From contig CBFFRP010000435.1 in assembly GCA_965644295.1 (NCBI GenBank), positions 1 through 64,000 on the forward strand: DNA of 64,000 bases, in the 5' to 3' direction. Position 1 is the stretch's first letter. Each line of letters opens with the position of its first letter. Of this stretch, positions 1 through 13,485 are shown piece after piece. The stretch comes from Paraphysomonas bandaiensis. Taxonomy: Eukaryota; Protista; Chrysophyceae. Below the pieces are notes generated by a model that did not search any database, was not told the origin of the DNA, and was given only the letters and a program-made list of their open reading frames with translations. The position numbers were made by a program, and so were the translations under genes.

Positions 1-1730
1 GCTTGGTGCTAGTGATCTTGGGTGCCAGCGGTATACCATTGCGCGGTGACTCTTCGCGGGAGTCACTAACTGAGTTTAGGTCTAAACTTGGAAAAGTGTT
101 TTAATAATAATACCGTTATTACTGTGCTTGTTGGTTCAGTGTAGGTGTTATAGTAGTACTATTGTTTACGAGCCAACACCCTGGTTATCAAACCGGGTGT
201 TGTTATACGGGATGTGGAGGGTGGGGTTTTGATTCGGGGGTGTGAGTCGGTGACAGAGGATCCGGGAGCTCCAGTCGTGTCTGGGTTTCGTTTGTAGGTG
301 AGAGTCGTTTGTATCCGGGCCGGATTTGCAGGCCTGCTTTGTGATCGAGTTCGCGTGGGGGGCTTGGCTCTAGGGGTGGATGTTGCTTGAAGGAGTTGAA
401 GGATTGCCGAGTTGGTGGTAGTGTGAGTGCGGTGTGGTTGTGAGCTTGTAGGAGTCGAGGGTTGCGTCAGTGGTGTTACCTTGATGTTGTGATGTCTGCA
501 GCCTCTGTTTTTGAGCATGTTCATCCCTCCGTTGTAGAGAGGGAGTAGGATCTTGGTGACAGATTGTTCGAGTTTGTGGAACTGATATTCGAGTAGTGGC
601 GTGGAGAAGTTACTGCCGAAGGCGTTTGCTAGTTGCGATGCGGTGAGTTGGCCGGTCCAGTATCTTTCAATTTGGGGTGTGTTAGGATCCCATGCGGCCT
701 TTGCCAATTTGTTCAGAGCGGTGTGGAACCATGGGCGAGGGAGTCGTTGCCTGTGAAGTTTGTCTAGTTGTGATTGCTGTGTTTGGAAGGCGTGTTCACG
801 TATGAGGGCAATCTCCGGTTGTGTGCATTGGAGGAGCATGTGTGTCATGTTGTCCGTTGTGTGATCGCAGTCTGTGCATTTGGCGGCTGTCGTGAGGTCG
901 TCTCCGGCTTTGCCCTTTGCTCGGTTTCTGCCGATTGCGTATGATTTGTCCCATACATATGCAGTTTCGCGTATGCGGTCTTGGAGCGAGACGTAGCATT
1001 TTGGGGAGTTATTGGTGCGGAGGGGGTGAAGTTTGTGTGGAAGCCTTTTACCGCTACGTGTCCAATACTGTGGGTCTCGGCTTGTACGTGCGGCGTACGT
1101 GCCATCTCTCGTGAGTGTGTACTGGTGGAGGTCCCATTGGTGTTGGAGTTCTGTGACGTCCCCTAGCATGGGGCCACTGTCTGTGAGAAGATACTTGTCG
1201 TATCTCCTCCAGTGCCATTGACCATTGGTGAGGAATTCCTCTTGGAGGTGTGTGATTTCAGTTGTGACCACTCTGTAGTTGGTGGCGCCGAGTATTTTGT
1301 TGATTGTTGTCCAGTCCCCGCTGGCGGCCGCGTCAGCTATGTAGATGCCATGGTCGTTGTAGGTCCATTTACTTTGGTCTGGCGTTCGGCGTTCGGGGTG
1401 GGACCGAACCCATTTGATTGGACGCTGTTTGTGATGTTCTGTGGCCAGGCATTCGTAAAAGACGCCCTGTGGCTTCGTGCCTTAGTAGTGCTCTCCTCCT
1501 GCGTGACAGGGCTTCTGTGGTTCGTGTTTGAACTGCCTGACAGTCAGTACACATGGGCACAGTGGGTGATATGACTTTGGAGAACATGAGGGCAGCTGAC
1601 ATCGCGAGGGACTGTATATTGTTATACTGCTTGTATGACACAGCCTGAGTTGTGGTTGTGTGTTGCAACACAGTGTGACATGGATGACGTTGTGTGTGTG
1701 CAGCTCTACGGTTGTCTTCATACTTTATGT
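1..1730 (-). mobile_element. 5'-truncated, frameshifted non-LTR retrotransposon (RNase H, C-terminal CCHC zinc finger, 3' UTR)
   Basis: Minus-strand RNase H motifs (PMCTDCQAV; IKWVRSHPE...HGIYIADAAA) run into ORF 159-1271, which carries CTDCDHTTDNMTHMLLQC. There is a frameshift near 1450-1480. Confidence 0.75.
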
Positions 1731-1740
1731 TTCTGTTGTG

Positions 1741-1965
1741 ACTCAGTTTTGTTTATGTTAACCATACTGGGGTACTAGCGACCTGACATCACTAGCGGTG
1801 GTGTTTGCGTGCTGATTCTTCGCGGGAGTCAGTCACTCGAGTATAGTTGATTGAAACATAAGTTTACCTGTAATAATATCACTTCTTTGGTCTCATTGTC
1901 TTGATTCCTATACAGTGATAGTAGTTAGCGTTATCACGAGCCATAGTCTTGGTTATCAAACCAAA
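1741..1965 (-). mobile_element. 3' end of a second copy of the same LINE family
   Basis: GLITKTMAR matches GLITRVLAR at the end of ORF 159-1271. The same 3' UTR stem-loop occurs at 1812-1832 and 46-66. Confidence 0.6.
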
Positions 1966-2665
1966 CTGTGAGATGACAGTTGAGTTGTCAAACGAGGCTG
2001 CGTCATAATTAGACTGCACATCATACTGCACAACTGAATCGACTAAATCACTGACAACTTTCTGCACAGCATAACACTCATCATCAGCAAGCTCCGAATC
2101 CTCACTGGCAATATCAGTAGACGACTCCTCAGTTTCACCATCCACCTCAACAACAACAATTGCATCCCCGATATCAACATCTTGCACTGACACAACAGAC
2201 TCAAGCTTAGTAAAATTAGAATCCACAACGCCAACACTTAATGACTGCACTGAACCAAATTCCATATTCATAGCACTGAAACCGTGACCTACGATTTTTT
2301 CACCACCTTGTACTGATTTCGAATCAGCCTTCGATGATTTTCGTGACCTCCTCTGCCGAAGCTCCTCGAGACTCTGTTGAACATACTGATTGAACACCTG
2401 TTGCTCGTGATAACGCTGCTCATTACGTTGTTCAATATTATCCAAACGCTGAAACAGTTGCTGGATATATACAGTGGAATCTGCTCCTCCTTAGCTCCAT
2501 CATCTGTTCCCTCCATAAAACACTCAAAATGAATTAAACTCAACAATATCCAATGTTTACTGTTCTTCTACTCAGAGTAATATTACTGTGATGTTTCTCA
2601 GAACTAGAAACACGTGAATGACAGAAAGCTCTCTCTAAAACCGTTTTAACAGATTTTAGAGATCC
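1966..2665 (-). mobile_element. Remnant of a Ty3/gypsy element (U5 end, PBS position, gag N-terminus) related to 24364-27751
   Basis: It shares ACA|GTAATATTACTCTG and U5 similarity with the element at 24364. The gag peptide IEQR..QR.H.QQ.FN..VQ.SLEE..QRRS..SS.A.S matches ORF 24904. Confidence 0.7.
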
Positions 2666-2907
2666 AAATTTTTGATTTTTCCGACTGAGTTGTTTGCTGA
2701 GGAGATTGCAGCGCATCATTAATTGGCTATCGGCCTCCTCCCACATAGTTTCAGCCATGTCTCTTATATCCAGGTATTGGTTCACCACCATGCACAATTC
2801 CGCTGTTTCGTAAATGTGCTCTTCAGCAAGTAGCTCATGTACTTTGTCAAGAACTGTCAACCTATTTAACCACTCGCGAACATTGGATGGTAATTGCAAT
2901 CCGTTTC

Positions 2908-5900
2908 AAGTCGATGGTAAGTAAAAACCTGGTCTAAGTACTACAATCTGGTCAAACTACTACATTTGTGTACGAATATGTAAATCGAACATGGATTACG
3001 CATTGTGATGAGTGCATATCGTCTTGGAATCGCTTTGTGCTACTGTGTTGTATTATATTTTAAAAGAATGTTTTATACTGGCCGTATTTCTGCGTACTAT
3101 AAGTGTAGTTACGTATAAGTGTAGTTACGTAACTACATATAGTCAAAAATCATTATTGCTTTTTATAAAAAGAAATTACATAATAATATATATAATATAA
3201 TATATATAAACAATTATCACTACCTTCGTTTTCTTTTCCCACTGATCACATTACTATCATCTAATGCTCCCTGTATCTTTCAATTTCTCACTCTCACTGA
3301 CAACACCATTTCATAATATATAAACAATTATCACTACCTTCGCTTTTTTTCCCACTGATCACATTACTACCATTATCTAATGCCCATTATGTATCTTTCC
3401 ACTTCTCACTTTCACTGACAATAACCACTTCATAAGTAGGTCGTCGTGTATTCTGAAGTTGTTCTGGCAGTTTCTTGATTACAAAAAAGTTAATTAACAC
3501 TAATTACTAATACATGCGACGTACCTTTGCATGGCTTTAGAAATCGTTGTTTCAGTCCTTCGTCTGTTCCATGCAATGCCTGAATATATTTGATGTCGTA
3601 AGCGCCGTTCCTATTTTTACTGATTGCACACAGTAGCAACTAGCCCATGAGTGGTTCTCACTTTCGAGCCCACTTCAAAACGAGATTCACTGAAATTTAC
3701 TCCACCACCATCCTCCAAATATTCGGTCAAGTCAGTCAAATCATCTCCACATTCGTCGGAACTATCATTGCAATCATCAGCAAGTGGTGTAGTAGAGAGT
3801 ACTTTCTTTGGGGCGGTTTTCTTCCTACTGGTAGTATTCTTTTTGGCTTCCTCACAGATTTTTTTCTAGGAGGACCATCAGGTTGAGCTTTTTGGCAGTT
3901 AGTACAGCATCAGACACATCATTTCCGTTCACATCTTCTACAATACGTCTTGCGGGCTGACCTTTCTTATACCAGAATGTCTTACAGATGAAGTAGATTC
4001 CACAACTCTCATTGGAGGAATGGTAGTCCCACACTTTAATTTCCGACTTACTTTCTCCTTGGGGCCAACTTCATATTCCGAAATAGTAGGACCGTTGAAC
4101 AAGACATCGAAAAACGGAATGTGCAATGCAATATAGTCGGTCGCAATATTTGTCTTAGGAGTCACTTCGTCACGCCACTTAATCCAGTCTCTGGCAACAG
4201 CGGGGTTTTTATCCTTGTACGTGTTTATCATACGGTCGCAGCAATCCGTGATGATCTTACGAGAGCCTTTTATGAAAGGGTCAACAGTTATTTGGTGAGA
4301 CTTAGGGGGAAGGGACTTCAAAATAAGCAGAGGCTCCTCAGTGTCGAGCGGACGTTGGGTTACCCTCGTCAACTGCGGAATCAAACCGGTGATGTTCTCT
4401 TTCTCTCCAGTGGGGCAAATTACATCTTTCTTTGGGTCATCAACAATTTCAATAACTTCTTTTGCTGAGCATATATGCCTGGTATAAGTGGACTTCACGA
4501 AATGCGGATATCTGTCGCCTTAGTGTCACCTACTCGTTCAAATGTAAATTGCAATTGCGTCCAATTGGTTTTGGCAAAATAGCCTATTAGCTAGAATCTA
4601 TGAATTGTGCAACCCAATCAGCATAATTAGGGAATGCAAATACATCAATAACTTTCACATCGTCAAACTTTTCAAACGCCATCATAATCATTGCCTTAAA
4701 TTTTGAAGGGGAGTAAACGAACTCATTTCTCAACAACGTCCACAACAATAATGCAAATAATGCGTCTATATCTTCATGAGTGTGTTCAGGAAGGAGTCTT
4801 GTCAATACCACTTTTGACACCAAACCACACGCAACAAGTAATAACAGATGGCTAAATATAAAACATTCGCAATCTCAGACCCTCCATCAATTTGATGAAA
4901 TATCGTGTTCGGAAGTTTTCCTTCTAGGTATTGCTTTCCAAACTGAGTAACCACGTATGGACACAATAGCTAGCATTCACAGATACATTTGCAAAACTCC
5001 TGTACATTCTGATATTGCGACCATGCATAAGAATACCTTGTAAGTGCTGCTTGATACCTATTCTGCTGCATACCGTCAGTGATTGTGGACATGTACTACC
5101 ATTTCTGATCAAAAGCAAGTTGTCGCCGACTATAGTACGATTCGCGTTCCCCATGTAAGTTAGACGATGCAAAATGAAAAGCATTGTGACTTCTTGCCTC
5201 CCATGATAATCATTAAAGCTTCTTCGCAATTCTGACAACGCCGAGCACAGGTTGCATTTCCCACAACAGTGCTTGAGCTTTCGAATTTTGACATGCGGAA
5301 AACAGTCTTTCCAAAAACTTGCAAGAACTGCTTAATCGTCAAAGGCTTCATAGCACTATCACCGTATGACTCAATATCGTGTTTATCACCCACAAGTTGG
5401 AAATAGTATCCCATCCATACACTTGTAGTCAAAGATTGCACCGAATTTGGAAGGCTTCCGCGGCTATACTGTTGACGGGAGAGGGATATTCCAAAGTGCT
5501 GGCAGAAGTTGCTAAGGTTTTGATCATTTACACCAAGAGTTCTTGTAGACGTCCGATCAATAAAATCCTTGGCTGTATTTCTCTCTCCTGACTTTAATCG
5601 ACAGACTAGAGAATCAGACAAGAAAGTGGTTCCAGTATTTTGTCACCAGAGAGTGGTAACAAAGACGAGGAGGGTAATGAGATGGGAAGCATACTACACC
5701 AGTTCAATTGCAACGAGGACTCCTTCACAGTTAACATTGGTGGTTACAACCAAACATACTGCCGCAAGAAGTTCATTTCAGATGGCGGTTCTTCTGTAAA
5801 GTGTTTCTTGGATTTGGAAATGCTATGGATGATCCCTTTATTGTTTAATTACTTATGTACTTTCAGCTGTACTTGGCAAAGACAGTTCATACGTTAACTA

Positions 5901-6205
5901 TTCTCACTGTTGGGTGAGTAAAAACTCTGATGGGAAACTATATACGTTGTTCTCTGTTATCTTCATTCGGACCAAATGTAACAAATAGCGCTGTAATAGT
6001 ATAAGTAGTAGTGATGTAACGATTTCGTAGTAGCTTTTAGTAAATAGAACATTAATATAATATAATAAATGTTTAATTAGTCCAATTATCCTATTATTAG
6101 CTACAAACAGTTAATTAGTATACCAGACTTTTTCGAATAACTTATATATATAATGCACATCACCTGGTCAAAGTACTTGACCAGGTTTTTACTTACCATC
6201 GACTT
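2908..6205 (-). mobile_element. Degenerate TIR DNA transposon with an HTHEDID-motif (DUF7869-like) transposase
   Basis: 27-bp perfect TIRs (AAGTCGATGGTAAGTAAAAACCTGGTC) with a TTC duplication. Fragmented ORFs contain HQIDGGSE and TRLLPEHTHEDIDALF. Confidence 0.8.
3195..3433. repeat. Diverged tandem duplication of about 117 bp
   Basis: Two copies of TATATAAACAATTATCACTACCTTCG...CACTGACAA. Confidence 0.8.
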
Positions 6206-7399
6206 TTCCTCGATTTAAAACTAGTTGGGCAAGTTGAGAAATATCTTCAGCAGAACTCTCTCTTGCTATTTTCATTTGCTCAAAGAAATGATCCTGTAAA
6301 CGATCAGTAACCTCAGTAGCTGTACACGCCATGTAAATTTGCTGCTACCAATGCTGCAGTGGCTCAGCAATATGGGCGGTGTACCGCTGTCCTGACCATC
6401 TGGTGGTGTGTACTCTTCTTCGATCTGCGTACTGCTGCAGGATGTCGAGAGAAATCTTTAAATCCATAATAGGGTCTCTAGCCCCACGATCCAGATACAG
6501 ATGATCCATATACGTGTCCTCATTTAAGTCTGGCCGAGGACGTAATCTTCTATGGCCTAATAGTATATGCACTTTTCTAAAGTGTCTGTGGTGGGTCTCT
6601 TTGATCTGAGTATCCCCCTTCTTACTCGGCATCGATAACATAAACCACCCTGAATTTCCATTGAATTTACCTGGTCCTTACAATCAATACATTGGTTTTC
6701 CGAGCAAAAATAGCATATTCCTCCTGCGGTGAGACGCTTGGGATCTGTTAGCCGCTGGCAGATCTGACACCGATCTGCGTCTTTACCCAAATGATGAGGT
6801 ATGCTGGTCTTATAACCGCCTTGCATTCCAGAGGTAGGATGTAGCACATTGTGTGCTTCATTCCTTGTGTGAGGAGAGGGTGTATAACAACACTCCTTTA
6901 CCTCAGCTTCCTTGTTATTATGTCCCTTGATTGACAAGGGGTCCATATATACTGGACTATCACCTGTCGCATCTGAATCAATTGAACATAAGTCATCCTG
7001 AGCCCTCAATGGTTGAATAGCGTCCTTACCGAATGCGAGAGGTTTTCGGGCTGACAAGGGTACCTCCTCCGGACTACTAAGACGATCCACCAGTTCTGGA
7101 ACAGTCGTTGCTTGACTGTCTGCTTCATGAGTTTCTGTCTCTCTAAGGTCGTCACCTCGTGTATTGAGAGATGAAATTTCTTCAAAAAATTGAGACACCA
7201 AGGCCTCTGTATCAGTATCACTCAACCCAAAAGCTATGCCTATATTTCGAATTTGTTCTTCATTGGCATTAGCAATTGATGGGTCTAACCCTCCTAGCAT
7301 AAGCCTAAGGGTCGTTCTAACTGAATCTAATGTAACAGACTCGCGTAGTTTGTTAAGAGTATCCTCATCCATGATAATAATAATATAATCAACACACAA
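6206..7399 (-). pseudogene. Disrupted ORF with a Cys-rich (CxxC x4) domain, continuing at 2540-2907 across the TIR insertion
   Basis: CQIC...CYFC...CIDC...CYRC, with a frameshift near 6600 and an in-frame stop at 6345. Removing 2908-6205 plus the TSD restores the frame (LNRG|NGLQLPSN). Confidence 0.55.
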
Positions 7400-9078
7400 T
7401 GAATATAATGATAACTACAGCTACTATGCTATCTACAAGCAATTTCCAGAGTGAAGAAATTGCATCTTATTATCAATAATTAATATGATTCTACCTACGA
7501 TTCCGTGATCAATGGAATGAACATCATTCATATTCAATACCAAACACATCAGTCTAACACAGTTGATCATAATAACTCATTACAACTGTATAAGGGAAGA
7601 TACATTCAGTATTCTCATTGTAGTTGAAGCCTGATATTCGTACTCCTAAGTACAATCAATCCCCAATAAGCACTGAAGGAAATACGTAATGTATAACTGT
7701 ATTACTGGATAATCTGGCAATACGCATCTATCAGCGTGGATATCAAACCCGGAATTCTCCAGTAAACTTCTCCAGCCTTAAAGTCAATATATATATATAT
7801 AATAAGAACATATATATATATCATCCATCATCATTATCATCATTATGTCTCATTATTGATAATCATGTCTTTCTTTGTCTTTTGAATGATTATGAACATA
7901 TCAATAATAAGCATGAGTTGTCATAGTCATATTATATCATATATCTTAGTGTGAGTTATGGTAATAATAATAATATTCAATTTATGTTGCACAGATAGTA
8001 TGTACAAACTTAAGCATATGCAATAGAGAGCTTGTAGAATAGAATAACCTGATAGCTGGTTGTTACAATATCGAGTGCTGATGAGCAGCGCGTCAGAGAT
8101 ATTGGACTCGTTACTGCATTAGATGATGCTGACACCAATAGGAGGGTGTTACAGAAAGGAATAAATACTACTTTACTGGAAGCATTATGTCAGAAAATGC
8201 TAGATAATTTTACGGTAAATGGTGCAGTGCCTGTAACTAGTACCCACCTCGAAAGTCTACGTGATATACACTTTTAGTAGAAAGTAGAACACGATGTAGA
8301 ATGGAGCAAATGTTCGTGCATTATGAACGCACTAGTCTCCAAAGCCATAGAGATGAACGAGATCGGAGCAGCTGAGGACATTAGTAAGCTACTACCACGA
8401 CAACGAGATACGTTATTCAGCAAAGTCTTTATACCTTGTTGTATGAGTATATTCGCGGCTGCTAATCCCGTTCTTCTCGATGATATGCGCATCGGAGAAA
8501 TGTCATATACGACATTCTACGATTAGGTAGAGCCGGGTGGGTACCTAACTAATACTTGATTTAAGTCCCATACGTTATTTGCTAGCTACCTACTGAACCC
8601 AACTAGCTACATCATTATCACACGGTATCCAGCGCTGAATATGCAGTGAGACCCCGAGTGGGGAACCGCTGAACTTAGCAATGTGTACATAGATAGAAGT
8701 GCGCGGTCGCAACACTCAGCAGCACCCACTGAGGGGGCCGCACGCAGTGATTAGTTACGCTGTCAGTATGGGGCAACATGAAGGGCCGCCAGAGGAATAA
8801 GCGTAAACGGAATGCAATGAAGCAAACGACAGAAGATAATAGACTGGTACATGTCCATGTTAGTGTCGTATGTACGTGAGGGGGGTCTGTGAGACTCTTA
8901 ACAGTCCCCTTCACGTATATATATGAACAGGCATCGCATTAGTGGAGGGGCTGATGAGAATATGACGGTCAAGTAGATAGATATCGGCTTCTGGTGTAGA
9001 AATCATCTTGTTTCATGGCATTATTGACAGTTTAAAGTAACATATAGAGATGAACGTTAGTGTACTCATACAACTCTA

Positions 9079-12000
9079 GGAAGGCGGGTATCTATCTTGG
9101 CGGTTTTTTTTTGCACTTTTCAGATGCACTTAAAATAACACTCACTGCATGTCTGATTGCAGTGAAAGCATCATTGGAAACGTAGTGATTTTACCCATAT
9201 TTCATTCTAAGTGACGAGCTACACTCATAATCTGAATCTTTTGATATTCATCCTCAAAGTGAGCCCCTTAAGAGGTTTTTGACCTCATTTCAGTTTTTGG
9301 TTTTTCAAAATGGCGGGATTTTTCCCTCTCAGATGACTGCAAATCACAGTCACCTAAATTAAATTGGAGTATTTGGAGATGGTCATTGCTCATAGTGGCC
9401 ATGTGGCGATACAGGTAGACTAATTTCATAGTGCTTGACACGATGGTGCTCTTACTTTCAACTGATTCGCAGTATTCATGGTGATAAGTTCTGGTTGGGG
9501 AGGAGGGGTCGATTTCGATACGCCGGCACACCACACCTGCGAATGACCTCAACTGACCTGTAGATATACACTCAACTATTGCTCATTATATGCGCAATAC
9601 TATCAGCACACTAATTTGAGTATATGCTCTCCTCTGCGGCATTGTGCATCACATTTCTGAAATAAGCGTGTGTTTAGATTAGCCACACGATGACTCTAAT
9701 GCTGCACCTCTGGAGCGAAATGGAGGCTCTGGTGAATTGAGGAGGAAAGAGGGAGGACTCTGGAGCTGTTTCTGGCTCAGGGTGATGCCCGGATTGAAAA
9801 TTCACTATTCTACAGGGGTCAGGGTGAGGCATGCGGAACAGCACATGTAGACAGTGAAATTCATTGCACGGGGCTCTGCACGCAGTGAAACGTAGAGGGA
9901 TCCACATTGACGCAGCCCACCAGCGATCCTTGGCCGAATGTTTTTGGAACTGTGGATGTGGTCAAACCGACTGGTGCTTCCCCCGTCATGACTGATCGCT
10001 ATCCTAAACTTTTCAATGGTTGAACACCCAGACTCATAGTGGGTCGACTTTGATCCATGGGACATAGGGTACCCCTCTTGAGGAACAGCGGGAGCTCAGC
10101 AACAGCCTGCACTGGATAAAGGTCAGAGGGAACCTGACCACCTCAGTATTCATACGATTCATAGTACTAAACCTTGCTCTCCAAATATATGTTATTGATG
10201 TCCAGTAGTATAGGAGTACTACAAGTGATAGATTAACTAAATTATTATTTTGAATTGTTTTTGTTCTGTTTCATATTTACTAAAATTGTTTCTACTTCTT
10301 AATTTATATTATGTTACACCCATTGAGATTTACTTAAAATCGGACATTGACTGTGTCGTAGAAGCTGGCATAGTTTGGTCAACAAGAAGAAGTGTGTAGC
10401 CATCAGTGTTGAACTTTATTACTTTCATTCAACTCGTAATTAAATTTCACACTGGAGAAAGAAAATATTAAAAATCCAAAACAAAAACGATGTTACGTAA
10501 AATCATACATACGACAGAGTTAAAGTAGATACGAATATGTACTGCTGGTTTGTGGTATGTATGCGTTGACTTTGCATGAGCTGAAGTGATTACAATTGTA
10601 TGCACTTTATCATGCGAAATATCCAAAGAAAATAAAGGACCGAACAGAATCTCAAAAGAAAATAAAGGACCAAGTGGGGTCAAAACAAAATAAGAGACTC
10701 GCAATTACGCGATTAAATAGCAAGTAACCTACGCCGCATCGATTGGCTCTCGATCTGATTCCGATACATAAACCTCCTCTCTCTCCACCTCCACTCCCCC
10801 GTGCAGCTGTTTCAACTTGTCAGACATCGGACCTTCGAGCTTGGCTATGAGGTAGGCCTTCGTGCCAACCTTTAGCTCAGGATCAATAGGAGTAGTTGCC
10901 TTAGGAAGGACAATTAGTGCGGCCTTTAGAACATCATTATTGGCCGTGCGCCAGTCATATTGCTGGTCGCGCACACGTACCAAAAGTGCCTCCAACGCCT
11001 CAACATGTCGGTGATATTCTTCCATCTGGCGGCGCTCCTTTTCGTCCTTACGGCGCTCTTTAGCCTGTCGCTCTTCCTCCCTCCGAGCCATGTAGGCCTC
11101 AATACGCTCGGCCGTTGACAGCACTGCACAGTGCCCCGTAGTGGTGTTGGGCATACCACCCCTGTCGTCCACCCCTCCCCCCTCCCCTTCTGCATCCTGA
11201 CCCCACACCTCATTCTCTAGGGCAACGTCCAAAACACTTAGCGCACCGCGGGGAATTGAGGCTTTCTTGTATCGGGCCTCCTCTGCCCTCGCTTGGGCCT
11301 GTTCACGTGCCGGAGCGAGAAAACTAGACTGGAAGAACTGTGCCGAAATACTACTAATAAGCACGCAATAGTTGATATCCCCAGGCTTGACCTCCTGGTA
11401 ACGAACCCGCTTCATATTTGGGTCCTCCTCGCTGGGCTCCATGACAGCGACAGGTCTGGGTGCCGAAAGCACCGATGCCTTACGGTCCATGTCCCGTTCA
11501 TCCACATCATACACTCCAGAGATAATACTATTAGATGTCACCTTGTCTCTGTGAACCTCGGCCACCTCCTCTCCCTCCAAGGGATCAACTAAAGGCCAAG
11601 TCAGCGTCTTAGCAAAGGCTTGCTTGATGCAACCAGGTAGCGTGGGGTCAGAGGTAAACTCATTCCATGCCTGATTGATTATTTTGTTGAAGTGAAAAAC
11701 AATCATAGGCTCTCCAGGGTTTCTGTGCTTCCACCAGGAAAAGCACCTCCGATAGGCAGCTTTGAGCTTAGCGTTGGGCCCGTTATCGATGGGGGCGTCA
11801 TTAACAGAGTTGTTAGCACAGAGGAAATTGATATACACATTATGAGTAATAGCGTGCCGGATAGAGTTGGGGTCAAAGTGTGAGCCATGCCCATCAATGT
11901 AGACCCACTTAGCCCTGCCCGACGCAGACATCTCCGATACAGCTATTCGAAAGGTATTCCGGTCAGCATATCCCGACGGAGTAGAATCCACATGGAAAGT

Positions 12001-13485
12001 GGGGTCGAGGTTGAGGTGCAAATGTCCCCTCATCGTCTCGCCATCACCACCCTGGTGAATGATGATGGGTCTTGTTGTCGACCCATTCGGGCGAATACCA
12101 TACAAAAGTGTTACCCAGAAGGATGTATGCTCACCGTGTCTTGCAGAGAATCGCCTTTCCTTCCGCTCCTGAAAGAGTTTGAAGGTAGGGAAGGCGTGCC
12201 CCCAAGGGTCGAAGCCAATTTCGTCCCAGTTCTCGATATCCTCCAGGTCTGGCCCATATGACGGAAAGACCCCTTTCTCTATACACTCCCTGAGGTGCTG
12301 CATGAACTTACGGGCCATAGTACTCGCCCGGGTCGGGCAGGCCGCTGCTGCCCGCTTGTAGGAAAGATCGGATTTCTTCGTCAAAGCGGGCAAGCAATTT
12401 TCACCAAGGTCAAAAGTGCAGGGTTTGAGAAAGTTGTCTCGAATAAAGGTTTTACTGCATTTTGCATGATCAAGGCGTACCGACTCCGGGGTATCCTTGC
12501 CTCCATTGGCAGTGCGTATAGCACTGGCATGGGCGCGGCAATACTCCCTGGCTAGGGCTTGCATATGGGCATTGCTGTACCTGCAAAAATAATTACAAAT
12601 CGTACACTGTACGTCATCATCCACATCATACACTTTCATGTACATACCCATATCCAGCTTTATCTTGAAGGTCCATCTTCGTAGCCATTATATCCCGATC
12701 CGCAATGGAGTGAAGCAATCCTTTAGGACCAGAAAGGGAGTAATCCAGCTCCATGATGGCCTCCTGCAGCACAGAATGGTTCGTTGGGTCGTTCCGAAAC
12801 ATATTAAACTCCTTCGTGGTGAGTCCAAACAACTCCCGGATGGTGTTCATATCCCGCTCCTGGGTGCGAATAGAGACACCGTACTCCGTGAGAACATATT
12901 TAGAGCTCTTGCCATCAATTACCCTGGCAATGAGCCCGGCCCTACGCTCTTCAACTGTGTAAACTTTGTAGCTCTGTTTGACGTCTACCTCAGGGATATT
13001 ATCGATTGCGTTGATAATCGCCCTTTCTGTCGCCATACTGGGGAAGCTGCTCGTCTCTTCGGGAAGATCCGGCAAAGCCTCCAACACCAAATTAACCTTT
13101 CGCTTGTGAGGTACATTTCCTGGAAGCACACCATACTGCTTGGCACGCTTAACCTCAATCACAACATCCCTTTTCCCCAATGGGGGCAGTGTGACTTCGT
13201 CAATACGACTGTCTGTATGAGTGTGAGTGATTCGGGGTCGCTGTGGACGTCCTCGCATCATACTCGATCAATTCTACATGAAAATCAGATCACACGACGT
13301 CATCATGAGCAGTGATTACTGTTTACTGTACCTGATACAATTATATATAATGTAATTCTTGTATAAGTATGTGGGGTTGGTTTATAGTAAGATTTAAGGT
13401 GGAACAATGATAGATTGACACACGAAAACCCGCCATTTTCAAAAACCTAAAAAAGAAAACCCGCCAAGATAGATACCCGCCTTCC
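9079..13485 (-). mobile_element. pogo/Fot1-like Tc1/mariner-superfamily DNA transposon
   Basis: 25-bp identical TIRs (GGAAGGCGGGTATCTATCTTGGCGG), TA on both flanks, and a transposase inside. Confidence 0.9.
10729..13261 (-). CDS. DD35D (DDE_1 family) transposase, two exons (13261-12648, 12580-10729), about 821 aa
   Basis: Motifs NWDEIGF, YIDGHGSH and APIDNG with 35-residue spacing. A 67-nt GTATGT...TTTTGCAG intron joins the two ORFs in frame. Confidence 0.85.

Noticed and set aside
1-130. Hammerhead, HDV or twister ribozyme in the LINE 3' UTR
   Set aside because: The conserved catalytic core sequences were not found on either strand; only a stem-loop is supported.
8000-8530. Coding-like stretch with in-frame stops
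   Set aside because: No family could be recognised and it is too fragmentary to annotate.
12581-12651. Programmed frameshift in the pogo transposase
   Set aside because: A canonical GT-AG intron restores the frame.
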